Assembly (NCBI GenBank): GCA_963704715.1
Contig: OY969933.1
Location: 135,091 to 199,090, forward strand
Direction: 5' to 3'
DNA: 64,000 nucleotides
Origin: Vulcanimicrobiota bacterium
GTDB taxonomy: Bacteria > Vulcanimicrobiota > Vulcanimicrobiia > Vulcanimicrobiales > Vulcanimicrobiaceae
The notes under the pieces were generated by a model. It saw only the letters and a program-made list of their open reading frames with translations, searched no databases and was not told the DNA's origin. How positions within the stretch are numbered: position 1 is the stretch's first letter; the number at the start of each line of letters is the position of its first letter. Shown in pieces: positions 18,941 through 29,113 of the stretch. The translations under genes and the position numbers were made by a program.

Positions 18941-20056
18941 CTATGCGACCGGGTGCAGCGTTTCGGCGTCGAGCGAGCAGCCGCGTAACGCCGCACCGCT
19001 CTCGCGCCCGATCAGTACGAGCGCGTCGTCGAAACGCACGCCGAGATCTTCGGTGGCGACTGCAACGCACGACGCGCGGTTCGCAAGATCCACGTGCACG
19101 AGCGCGCCGACCGTACCATCGGGCAGCGTCGCACCGTCGGGACCAACGACTCGCGCTCGAAGCCACGGCGGTGCGTACTTTTTGCGCGCATCGGCCGCGG
19201 CGTCTTCGCCGCGCGCCAAGACGCCGTCGTAATACTGCGAGCTCAGTTCGGTCATTCCGTATTCGGCGACGATCGCGTCGAGCGGAACGCCGAACGCACG
19301 GCGGGCGCGCGCGTAGAGGCCGGCACGTTCGACGATGCGCGCACGGCCTTTGAAGCCCCCCGTCTCCATGATGCGCGAACCCGGTGGAAGCTCGAAAGAT
19401 ACGGAACGTTCTTCGAGTGCGTCGAGCGCGCCGGCGAGCGCAAACGCAGTCGTCGCAACGCACACCGGCGTATCTTCCGCCGCGGCGCGGCGCAGGGCGT
19501 CGAAAAAATCGCCGAGCGCGAGGGCGTCGCCGCGGACGTACCAGCCTGTTTTGCCGTCGCCGCGCCGTTCGCAGACGCGGCCCATCATGTAACCGAGCGA
19601 CGAATGCGGACGCTCGGAGGGATCCGGGACGAGGTTGAGATAGCGCAGCCGCTTGCCGTCGGGCACCACGAAGCGGTCGAATCCGGCCAAGAGCGCGGCA
19701 TCGTAGAGATCCGGCGTCTCGAGGAAATGCCGCCCGGGCCTGCCGCCGGTCGTGCCGCTGGTTTCAAAAACCAGCGCAGCGCGCGCGGGATCGAACGTCG
19801 CGAGGACGGCGTCTTTGAATGCCGCCGCCGGCACCGGCGGAATCTCGTCCCACCGTCGCGGCGGTGACGACGTCGAGATGCCGAGACTCGCGCAATACCG
19901 CGCGTACGGAGCGTTGTAGCGAAGCTGGTAGTCGAACACCTCGAGTGCGAGCGCGTCGAATGCCGCGTCGTCGAGCGCGTCGCCCGTGCCGTGCCAGCGC
20001 GCGATTGCGGCGAGAATGCGTGCGTCGAGCGCGCCGGATGCGTTTCGATGGATCAC
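18941..20056 (-). CDS. LuxE-like acyl-protein synthetase (adenylate-forming)
   Basis: 'FDALALEVFDYQLRYNAPYARYC', 'IPPVPAAAFK' and 'FETSGTTG'. A Cys sits 12 residues from the C-terminus ('RGCSLDAETLHPVA'). GTG 20056 overlaps the upstream stop by 4 nt. 371 aa. Confidence 0.7.
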   Translation of the reverse strand: MIHRNASGALDARILAAIARWHGTGDALDDAAFDALALEVFDYQLRYNAPYARYCASLGISTSSPPRRWDEIPPVPAAAFKDAVLATFDPARAALVFETSGTTGGRPGRHFLETPDLYDAALLAGFDRFVVPDGKRLRYLNLVPDPSERPHSSLGYMMGRVCERRGDGKTGWYVRGDALALGDFFDALRRAAAEDTPVCVATTAFALAGALDALEERSVSFELPPGSRIMETGGFKGRARIVERAGLYARARRAFGVPLDAIVAEYGMTELSSQYYDGVLARGEDAAADARKKYAPPWLRARVVGPDGATLPDGTVGALVHVDLANRASCVAVATEDLGVRFDDALVLIGRESGAALRGCSLDAETLHPVA

Positions 20057-20532
20057 GGGGCGCGGCGTCGCGACGTGATGACGCCGCTGTTGAGCCCGCT
20101 TGTCGCAAGGCCGCCGTCGAAGCGGGCGTGCTCGACCTTCACGCAGCGGTCCACGACCACCGTCAAGCCCGCGGCATCCGCCTTCGCGATGGCGTCCTCG
20201 TTGACGACGCCGTATTGAAACCAGATCGCTCGCGCGCCGGCGGCAATCGCGTCGTCGACGACCGCAATGGCGTCGGCCGGTTTGCGAAAGACGTCGACCA
20301 GATCCGGCGCGCCGCGTTCGGCTGCGTAGGCCGCGAGCGACGGATACGCGGGCACGCCGTCGATCGCGTCGACCGACGGATTGATCGGCGTCGCGTCGTA
20401 CGGCGTCTGCGTGCGCAGATACGAAAAGACCGTGTAACTGGGCCGCAGCGCGTTGGGCGACGCACCGACGACGGCAATCGTTCGCACCGTGCGCAGCAGC
20501 GCTTGCCGCTGCGACGGCGTGCGCGCAATCAC
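20053..20532 (-). CDS. CoA-binding domain protein (YccU/YneT-like)
   Basis: 'RTIAVVGASPNALRPSYTVFSYL' and 'ARAIWFQYGVVNEDA'. GTG 20532 overlaps the metY stop by 4 nt. The rest of the 958-aa track ORF is a shadow frame. Confidence 0.8.
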   Translation of the reverse strand: MIARTPSQRQALLRTVRTIAVVGASPNALRPSYTVFSYLRTQTPYDATPINPSVDAIDGVPAYPSLAAYAAERGAPDLVDVFRKPADAIAVVDDAIAAGARAIWFQYGVVNEDAIAKADAAGLTVVVDRCVKVEHARFDGGLATSGLNSGVITSRRRAP

Positions 20533-21785
20533 GCCGGAGCGCTCGCCGGAATCGCCGCAGCCGAGAGGGCGCGGTCGACGTCCCAGATGAGATCCTCGAC
20601 ATTTTCGAGACCGACCGAAAGGCGCACGAGTTCGGGTGGAACGCCGGCGTTTTCGAGCTCGCCGTCGGAAAGCTGCGAGTGCGTGGTCGATGCGGGGTGG
20701 ATGACCAGGCTTTTGGCATCGCCGACGTTGGCGAGATGACTCCACAGTTCGAGTGCGTCGATGAAGCGGCGTCCGGCATCGCGGCCCCCGCGCAGACCGA
20801 ACGTGAAAATCGAACCCATGCGCGGTTCGCGCACCCAGGCGACCTGGTCGCGCGTTTTCAAATGGGCGGCAATCGTGCGCGCGTTGGCGACGTGCTTCTC
20901 CATGCGCAGTGCGAGCGTCTCCAGACCGAGCAGCATGAGCCAGGCGTCCATCGGCGACATCTGCGCGCCGACGTCGCGCAGCACCTCGGCGCGCGCCCGC
21001 ATGAGAAAGGCGTACTCGCCGAACGTCTCGCCAAAGACCTTGCCGTGGTAACCCGGACTGGGCTCGGAGAGCAGGGGATAGCGCCCGTTGTGCCACGGAA
21101 ACGTTCCCGATTCGACGAGCACGCCGCCGATCGTCGTTCCGTGACCGCTGATGAACTTGGTTGCCGAATGGAGCACGAGGTCGGCGCCGTGTTCGATCGG
21201 CCGAAAGAGATACGGCGACGCAAACGTGTTGTCGACCGCCAGTGCAACGCCGGCTTCGCGCGCGACGCGAGCGAGGCCGGCAACGTCGGCGATTTCGCCG
21301 GAGGGATTGGCAACCGTCTCGACGAGCAGCATGCGCGTATTCGGCCGGATCGCCGTGCGAACCGCGTCGAGATCGCCCGCCGGCACGAACGAGGTCTCGA
21401 TGCCCATGCGTTTGACGGTGACGGCGAGCTGGGTCGTCGTGCCGCCGTAGACGTGCTGCGAACAGACGAGATGGTCTCCGTTCTGAGCCAGCGAGAGCAC
21501 CGCGCACAGTTGCGCCGCCAACCCGCTGGAGAAAGCGATTGCGCCCAAGCCTCCTTCGAGGCTGGCCATGCGCTCCTCGAACGCCGCAACCGTCGGATTG
21601 CTGATGCGGCTGTAAATATGGCCGTACCCGCGCAGAGCAAAGAGTTCCGCCGCCTGCTCGGTCGATCCGAAAACGTACGCCGCGGTTTGATAGATCGGCA
21701 CGACTCGCGCGCCGGTCGCCGGATCCGGCGGTGCGCCCGCGTGAATCGCGCGGGTCGAGAAGCCGAATTGCCGATCGTGCTGCAT
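20529..21785 (-). CDS. metY: O-acetylhomoserine (thiol)-lyase / sulfhydrylase
   Basis: 'FSTRAIHAG', 'YSRISNPT' and the PLP-lysine motif 'HSATKFISGHG'. ATG 21785 chosen within track ORF 20529..22307. Confidence 0.85.
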   Translation of the reverse strand: MQHDRQFGFSTRAIHAGAPPDPATGARVVPIYQTAAYVFGSTEQAAELFALRGYGHIYSRISNPTVAAFEERMASLEGGLGAIAFSSGLAAQLCAVLSLAQNGDHLVCSQHVYGGTTTQLAVTVKRMGIETSFVPAGDLDAVRTAIRPNTRMLLVETVANPSGEIADVAGLARVAREAGVALAVDNTFASPYLFRPIEHGADLVLHSATKFISGHGTTIGGVLVESGTFPWHNGRYPLLSEPSPGYHGKVFGETFGEYAFLMRARAEVLRDVGAQMSPMDAWLMLLGLETLALRMEKHVANARTIAAHLKTRDQVAWVREPRMGSIFTFGLRGGRDAGRRFIDALELWSHLANVGDAKSLVIHPASTTHSQLSDGELENAGVPPELVRLSVGLENVEDLIWDVDRALSAAAIPASAPA

Positions 21786-21825
21786 GACTCGCGTGGTTCG
21801 CCGGATAACCGTTCTCCTCATGGGA

Positions 21826-23106
21826 ATGACGCTTACCGAGAAAATCCTGGCTCGCCACGCCGGCGTGGACCGCGTGGAACCGGGGCAGATCATCAACGCT
21901 AAAGTCGACCTCGTCCTCGCGAACGAATTGTCGGCCGCGGTTGCCATCGGCGTCATGCGCCGCATCAAAGGCGCCGATCGCGTCTTCGACCCGGAGCGCA
22001 TCGCGCTGGTCGAAGACCACTTCGTTCCGGCGAAAGACGCGCAATCGGCGAAACTCGCGAAACTGATGAAAGATTTCGCGATCGAGCAAAAGATCACGCA
22101 CTTCTTCGACGTCGGCCGCGGTGGTATCGAGCACGTCGTCCTGCCCGAAGAGGGGCTCGTCGCGCCGGGAGAGCTGATCGTCGGCGGCGACTCGCACACG
22201 TGCACGTACGGCGCGTTCGGTGCGTTTGCGACGGGCATGGGATCGACCGACATCGCCGCGGCGTTCGTGCTCGGCGAGGTGTGGCTCAAGGTTCCGGCGT
22301 CGATCAAAATCGTCTACAGCGGCAAACTCGGACCGATGGTCTATGCAAAAGACGTGATGCTGAGAACGGTCGGCGAACTGGGAATCGACGGCGCGACCTA
22401 CCGCGCCATCGAGTACCACGGAACCACCGTCGACGAACTGTCGATTACCGGGCGCATCACGATGGCCAACATGGCGATCGAGGCGGGCGCCAAGAACGGC
22501 ATTTTTCACGCCGACGAGAAGACGCTGGCGTACGTGCGCGAGCGGACGAACCGGCCGTTCCTCGTCGAAAAGGCGGACGCAGATGCCTCGTACGAACGCG
22601 AGCTGCGCATCGACGTGGGATCGCTCGAGCCGCAAGTCGCGTGTCCGCACACGCCCGACAACGTGCATCCGATCTCGGAAGTCGCCGCCGACGACGTGCT
22701 GGTCGATCAAGTCTTCATCGGCTCGTGCACCAACGGCTATATCGACGACCTGCGCGTGGTGGCGAAGATTCTCGAAGGCCGACGGGTCGCCGACCGTTTG
22801 CGCGTCATCGTCAACCCGGGCAGCCAGAAAGTCTGGATGCAGGCAGCGCAAGAAGGCATTCTCACGACGCTGGCGGCAGCCGGCTGCGCGGTCAACACTC
22901 CGGGCTGCGGTGCCTGTTTCGGCGGCCATATGGGAACGCTCGGCGACGGCGAACGCGCAATCTCGACGACCAACCGTAACTACGTCGGACGCATGGGATC
23001 GCCCAAAGCCGAGGTCTTTCTCGCTTCACCGGCGACGTGCGCGGCGTCGGCGTTGACCGGAAAGATTACCGATCCGCGCACGATAACGGCGCTGGTGGAG
23101 GCATAA
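21826..23106 (+). CDS. leuC: 3-isopropylmalate (or homoaconitate) dehydratase large subunit, short archaeal-type
   Basis: 'MTLTEKILARHAG', 'GGDSHTCTYGAFGAFATGMG', 'IGSCTNG' and 'PGCGACFG'. Alternative starts are ATG 21820 and ATG 21784. Confidence 0.85.
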   Translation: MTLTEKILARHAGVDRVEPGQIINAKVDLVLANELSAAVAIGVMRRIKGADRVFDPERIALVEDHFVPAKDAQSAKLAKLMKDFAIEQKITHFFDVGRGGIEHVVLPEEGLVAPGELIVGGDSHTCTYGAFGAFATGMGSTDIAAAFVLGEVWLKVPASIKIVYSGKLGPMVYAKDVMLRTVGELGIDGATYRAIEYHGTTVDELSITGRITMANMAIEAGAKNGIFHADEKTLAYVRERTNRPFLVEKADADASYERELRIDVGSLEPQVACPHTPDNVHPISEVAADDVLVDQVFIGSCTNGYIDDLRVVAKILEGRRVADRLRVIVNPGSQKVWMQAAQEGILTTLAAAGCAVNTPGCGACFGGHMGTLGDGERAISTTNRNYVGRMGSPKAEVFLASPATCAASALTGKITDPRTITALVEA

Positions 23107-23107
23107 C

Positions 23108-23611
23108 GTGGAAGCGACGCTGCGCGGCCACGCGCATAAATACGGCAAAAACGTCGATACCGACGTCATCATTCCCGGCAAGTATTGCAACATCGTCGAT
23201 CCGGTCGAACTCGGAAAGCACGCGTTGGAAGGGCTGGATCCGGAGTTTACGACGCGCATGCACGCCGGCGACATCATCGTCGCCGACCGGAACTTCGGTT
23301 GCGGGTCCAGCCGTGAAGTCGCGCCGATTGCGATCAAAGGCTCGGGTGCGTCGGCGGTGATCGCCAAAAGTTTTGCGCGAATCTTTTACCGCAACGCGCT
23401 GAACATCGGATTGCCGATATTCGAATCCGAGGAGGCCGTCGACGGCATCGAGAGCGGCGACGAGATCGAACTCGAGCCGGCGACGGGCATCGTCCGCAAC
23501 GTCACCAAGGGCATGCAGTATCGCGCCGCCGAGTTTCCACCGTTCATGCGATCGCTGATCGATGCGGGAGGACTCGTTCCGTACGTGGAGTCCCGCATCG
23601 CCGCCGGATGA
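23108..23611 (+). CDS. leuD: 3-isopropylmalate dehydratase small subunit, short type
   Basis: 'GKNVDTDVIIPGKY', 'NFGCGSSRE' and 'FARIFYRNALNIGLP'. GTG start lies 1 nt after the leuC stop. Confidence 0.85.
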   Translation: MEATLRGHAHKYGKNVDTDVIIPGKYCNIVDPVELGKHALEGLDPEFTTRMHAGDIIVADRNFGCGSSREVAPIAIKGSGASAVIAKSFARIFYRNALNIGLPIFESEEAVDGIESGDEIELEPATGIVRNVTKGMQYRAAEFPPFMRSLIDAGGLVPYVESRIAAG

Positions 23612-23701
23612 AGTTTGCCGAGGATGAAGGTTTGCTAAGAAGGAAGCGGCGGGGCGCCCGCACGGGAGGGAGCGCCCCCGGACCGCTCAAAGGCTGATTG
23701 C

Positions 23702-24361
23702 GTGAGTAGTAAAGCGATGTGGGTGACCTTGCAGGCGGCCGGCCTGATGGCCGGCGCCGCGATTGCCGGCGGCGGTTTCGCCGCACCCGGGGTGGCAGCA
23801 ACGCCTCCGCCGACGCCGCCTCCGCTCTCGACCCCGGCCACCGCGCCGCCGTCGGCCGCGCCCCAGCCGGGTTCGACGGCGATTCCGATGCCTTCGGGGT
23901 ACGGACTTCCCGGCTCGGGCAGCCCGGCTGCGATGCCGAGCGCCTCGCCGACGCCTCCTCCGGACGCTCGTAAAGGGCTCGAGGGCGTCTGGGAGATGGC
24001 GATTCAGCGCGGCTCGACCACCAACTACGCACACTTCATCCTCCGCCAGGAGGGGACGTCGCTGACGGGCACCTATCTCAACGACGCGGGCAAAAAGTTT
24101 CCGCTGGCGGGGTCCGTCGACGGGCAGTCCGTCCGTCTGATCGTCACGATGCCCAACGGCACCTCGCTCCTGCTCGTCGGCCGGCTTGACGGAACGACCG
24201 ACATGGTCGGCATGATGACATCGGGTCAGGAAGAGGTCGGCTTCACCGCCGCCTACCGTCCGAAGGAGAAGTTCATCGACAATCTCAACGCCGCGCCCGG
24301 CGGGCTGGGCGGCATGGGTTCGGGCGGCGGGGGCGGGGGCGGGGGCTACGGCCCACCCTAG
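23702..24361 (+). CDS. secreted hypothetical protein (Pro-rich linker, small beta domain, poly-Gly tail)
   Basis: Signal-like 'AAGLMAGAAIAGGGFA', a long P/A/S-rich stretch, a core 'GVWEMAIQRGSTTNYAHFILRQEGTSLTGTY', and the ending 'GGMGSGGGGGGGGYGPP'. Confidence 0.45.
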   Translation: MSSKAMWVTLQAAGLMAGAAIAGGGFAAPGVAATPPPTPPPLSTPATAPPSAAPQPGSTAIPMPSGYGLPGSGSPAAMPSASPTPPPDARKGLEGVWEMAIQRGSTTNYAHFILRQEGTSLTGTYLNDAGKKFPLAGSVDGQSVRLIVTMPNGTSLLLVGRLDGTTDMVGMMTSGQEEVGFTAAYRPKEKFIDNLNAAPGGLGGMGSGGGGGGGGYGPP

Positions 24362-24391
24362 CGGGCCGCTGAAGGTGGCACTTGCGAGCCC

Positions 24392-24400
24392 TGGTATACT
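24392..24400 (+). promoter_or_regulatory. extended -10 promoter element (TGGTATACT) immediately upstream of rpmE
   Basis: TG-n-TATACT at 24392-24400. The GTG start is at 24410, so the predicted 5' UTR is only a few nt. Confidence 0.4.
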
Positions 24401-24409
24401 CTATAAGCT

Positions 24410-24676
24410 GTGAAAGAGAAGATCCATCCCAAGTGGTATCCGGAGGCGCGCGTGCACTGCGCCTGCGGCAATACCTTTACGACAGGCTCGACCCTGCCCG
24501 AAATCGGCGTCGAGATCTGCGCGGCCTGCCATCCGCTGTTCACCGGACAGCAGAAACTGATCGACACAGCCGGACGCGTCGATAAGTTCAACCAGCGCGC
24601 CGCCGCCGCCAAGAAGAAGCAAGAAGAAGCCGCCGCCCGCGCCGCTCGTAAGAAAGCCGCGGCGCCGGTCTCCTGA
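24410..24676 (+). CDS. rpmE: 50S ribosomal protein L31 (zinc-binding type) with Ala/Lys-rich tail
   Basis: '[20 protein letters not shown]...[11 protein letters not shown]'. GTG start. Confidence 0.9.
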   Translation: MKEKIHPKWYPEARVHCACGNTFTTGSTLPEIGVEICAACHPLFTGQQKLIDTAGRVDKFNQRAAAAKKKQEEAAARAARKKAAAPVS

Positions 24677-24705
24677 ACGGGGCTCTGACCGCCCGGCTCG
24701 ACTCG

Positions 24706-25752
24706 ATGCTGCGGCGGTTCGACGAAATCGAAGCCGAACTCGCCCATCCCGCGGACGCCTTCGACCAAGCGCGTTACACCGCGTTGGTCAAAGAGCGCGC
24801 GCAGTTGGAGGCGCCGGTCGAAACGTTCCGCCGGCTTCGGAAGACCGAAACCGAGATCGCGGCCAACGAACGTCTCGTGCGCGAGAGCGACGGGGAGCTG
24901 CGCGAGCTGGCCGAAGACGAGGCGCGTACGCTTCGCGAACGCACCGCCGAACTCGAAGGCGAACTCGCGCAGTTGATGCTTCCCAGCGATCCGGACGACG
25001 ACCGCGACGTCTTCGTCGAAATTCGTGCGGGTGCCGGCGGCGACGAAGCCGGCATATTCGCCGGCGATCTGTCGCGCATGTACATGCGCTTTGCGGAGTC
25101 GCTCGGCATGCGCGTCGAACTGGCATCGGAAAACCTCAACGACGCCGGCGGCTACCGGGAAGTGGTGTTCAGCGTACGCGGCAAGGGCGCGTACCGCCGG
25201 TTCAAGCACGAATCCGGCGTCCATCGCGTCCAGCGAGTGCCGGAGACGGAAGCGCAGGGCCGCATCCACACGAGCACGGCGACGGTTGCGGTGCTCCCGC
25301 AGGTCGACGACGACGATGCGGAGATCGAGATTCGTCCCTCCGACCTGCAGATCGATACGTTCAAGTCGTCGGGCGCCGGCGGGCAGCACGTGAACAAGAC
25401 GGAGTCGGCAATTCGAATCACCCACGTGCCGTCGGGTTTCATCGTGTCGTCGCAGCAAGAGCGCTCGCAGCAGCAGAACCGCGAGAAGGCGATGCAGATG
25501 CTCCGCGCGCTGCTCTACGACCGCAAACGACGCGAGCAGGAAGAGGCGGTTGGGTCGATGCGCCGTTCGCAGGTCGGCACCGGCGATCGCTCCGAGAAGA
25601 TTCGCACCTATAACTTTCCGCAAGACCGCGTCACGGACCATCGCATCAATCGCAGCTTCGGCAACATCCGCGCGATCGTCGACGGCGACCTCAGCGCAAT
25701 CGTCGACGATCTCTTGGCCGACGAGCGCGCGCGGATGCTGGCCGGCGTATGA
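24706..25752 (+). CDS. prfA: peptide chain release factor 1
   Basis: '[12 protein letters not shown]' (PxT-type region), '[19 protein letters not shown]' (GGQ) and 'RTYNFPQ'. Confidence 0.9.
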   Translation: MLRRFDEIEAELAHPADAFDQARYTALVKERAQLEAPVETFRRLRKTETEIAANERLVRESDGELRELAEDEARTLRERTAELEGELAQLMLPSDPDDDRDVFVEIRAGAGGDEAGIFAGDLSRMYMRFAESLGMRVELASENLNDAGGYREVVFSVRGKGAYRRFKHESGVHRVQRVPETEAQGRIHTSTATVAVLPQVDDDDAEIEIRPSDLQIDTFKSSGAGGQHVNKTESAIRITHVPSGFIVSSQQERSQQQNREKAMQMLRALLYDRKRREQEEAVGSMRRSQVGTGDRSEKIRTYNFPQDRVTDHRINRSFGNIRAIVDGDLSAIVDDLLADERARMLAGV

Positions 25753-26615
25753 TTTCCGGCGCCGGCACGCTGCTCGCGTCGGAGTCGGCGCGGCTCGCGT
25801 CCTTCAGCGAATCGCCCCACGCCGACGCGAGCCTGCTGCTCGCACACGTGCTGGAATGCGATCGCGCGTGGATCGTCGCGCACGGCGACGCGTCCCTCCC
25901 GCCGGCGCAATGTGCGCGATTTGAGGACCTCTGCCGCCTTCGCGCGACCGGAATGCCGCTGGCGTACGTCTTGGGTTCGGCCGGTTTCTACGGCCGTGAG
26001 TTCGCGGTGGACGCGCGCGTGCTCGTGCCGCGTCCTGAAACCGAACACTTGGTGGACGACGCGCTGGCGTTCGCCGCGCGCCGGTTTCCCAAGGCTGGAC
26101 CGATTGCGGCACTGGACGTCGGCACCGGGTCGGGCGCCATCGCCGTCACGCTTTCCGCAGAGAACGAGCGCATCACCGCCGATGCGACGGATGTGTCGGC
26201 CGACGCGCTTGCGGTTGCGCACGCCAACGCGCTGGCGCACGGCGTTTCGGCGCGCTGCCGGTTTCATCTGGGCGAGCTTGCCGAACCGGTAGCGGGACGG
26301 CGGTTCGATCTGGTCGTCGCAAATCTGCCCTACGTTCCCCGCGACCGCATTCCGCCCAAGCCTGACCCCCTGTCGTTCGAGCCGCGCCGGGCACTCGACG
26401 GCGGACGCGACGGTCTCGACCCGTACCGCCGGCTGATGCCCGCATTACCGCTCCTCGCGGCCCCGGGCGGCATGATCTTGCTCGAGGCCTCTCCGGAGCA
26501 GATGCAGGCGCTCGGCGATGCGGTTGCACGCGTGTTGCGCGATGCCCGGGTTGAGGTCGCGCGCGACTACGCCGGCCGCGATCGCTATTTACGCGTGACG
26601 GCGGCAGCGGCATAA
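25749..26615 (+). CDS. prmC: release factor glutamine N5-methyltransferase
   Basis: ATGA overlap with prfA. '[12 protein letters not shown]' SAM site and 'VANLPYVP' (NPPY-type) motif. Confidence 0.85.
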   Translation: MISGAGTLLASESARLASFSESPHADASLLLAHVLECDRAWIVAHGDASLPPAQCARFEDLCRLRATGMPLAYVLGSAGFYGREFAVDARVLVPRPETEHLVDDALAFAARRFPKAGPIAALDVGTGSGAIAVTLSAENERITADATDVSADALAVAHANALAHGVSARCRFHLGELAEPVAGRRFDLVVANLPYVPRDRIPPKPDPLSFEPRRALDGGRDGLDPYRRLMPALPLLAAPGGMILLEASPEQMQALGDAVARVLRDARVEVARDYAGRDRYLRVTAAAA

Positions 26616-28340
<1,725 letters not shown>

Positions 28341-28354
28341 GAGGTTCCCTCGCG

Positions 28355-29113
28355 CTGAACCCTGCGGCAATTACGGCCGTCATCCTGACGCGCGACGAAG
28401 AACGCAATCTTCCGCGTGCGCTTACGAGCTTGCCGCGTACGATGCCCGTGCTGGTGCTCGACGCGTGCTCGCGCGACCACACCGTACAGTTCGCGCGCGG
28501 AGCCGGCGCCGAGGTGGTGCAGCGCGAGTGGACCGACTTCGTGGAGGCGCGGCGTTTCGCAGTGTCGCAGGTTCGTACGCCGTGGGTGCTGATGATCGAC
28601 GCCGACGAGGCGCTCGACGACGTGCTGCTCGACGCGATTGCCGATTGCTCCGGCGATGCCGACGCCTATATCGTGAAGCGCACGACCTACTTTTGCGGGC
28701 GGCCGATGCGGATATGGCGCAACGAGCCGCTCGTACGCCTGTTGCGCGTGGACCGCGCCATCCTCGAGGCACACCCGGCGGCTGGCGGCCGGGCGGCGCT
28801 CCACGAACGCTGGACGTCGCCGGGGACGACCGGCGCGCTCGCCGGAACGCTGCTCCATTTTTCGTACCAAGACTATACGTCGTACCGGGTGAAGTACGAT
28901 GCCTACACGACCGCGGAAGCCCACGGCATACGCGGATCGGCGATAGGATTCGCGCGCGCATGGATGGCGGGCGTTCTGAAATTCTGGTGGCTGCTGTTTG
29001 CCAAAGCTTCGCTGCTGGACGGTATTCGCGGCATCTACGTTGCCTACAAATCCGCGATGTATCCCGCCGTGGTGGCGCGTAAAGCGCTGGCCGGTTCGGA
29101 AACGCCGGAGTGA
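28355..29113 (+). CDS. family 2 glycosyltransferase
   Basis: 'AVILTRDEERNLPRAL' and the DxD motif 'MIDADE'. There is no ATG/GTG/TTG in frame between the pyrG stop and the conserved N-terminus. CTG 28355 (AAGAGG 10 nt upstream) is chosen provisionally; ATT 28370 is the alternative. Confidence 0.65.
   Translation: MNPAAITAVILTRDEERNLPRALTSLPRTMPVLVLDACSRDHTVQFARGAGAEVVQREWTDFVEARRFAVSQVRTPWVLMIDADEALDDVLLDAIADCSGDADAYIVKRTTYFCGRPMRIWRNEPLVRLLRVDRAILEAHPAAGGRAALHERWTSPGTTGALAGTLLHFSYQDYTSYRVKYDAYTTAEAHGIRGSAIGFARAWMAGVLKFWWLLFAKASLLDGIRGIYVAYKSAMYPAVVARKALAGSETPE

Noticed and set aside
16406-20056. A bioluminescence (lux) operon, or quorum-sensing control by the LuxR-family gene at 58417
   Set aside because: No luxA/luxB luciferase or luxD genes are present. 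The LuxR-family protein is a LAL-type STAND regulator 38 kb away, and it shares only the HTH domain name.
21786-21825. A SAM riboswitch, T-box or leucine attenuator upstream of metY/leuC
   Set aside because: The whole divergent spacer is at most 40 bp, far too short for any of these leaders.
20533-22929. The 958-aa minus-strand ORF 20053..22929 as a single giant gene
   Set aside because: Only the last 159 codons (the CoA-binding protein) look real. The rest runs antisense to leuC or out of frame through metY and is Arg-rich low complexity typical of GC-rich shadow frames.
24676-24706. A programmed frameshift or unusual N-terminus in the release factor gene
   Set aside because: The protein is RF1 (no RF2-type frameshift site is expected) and its sequence is contiguous. 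The slightly short N-terminus is more likely a start-codon choice issue.
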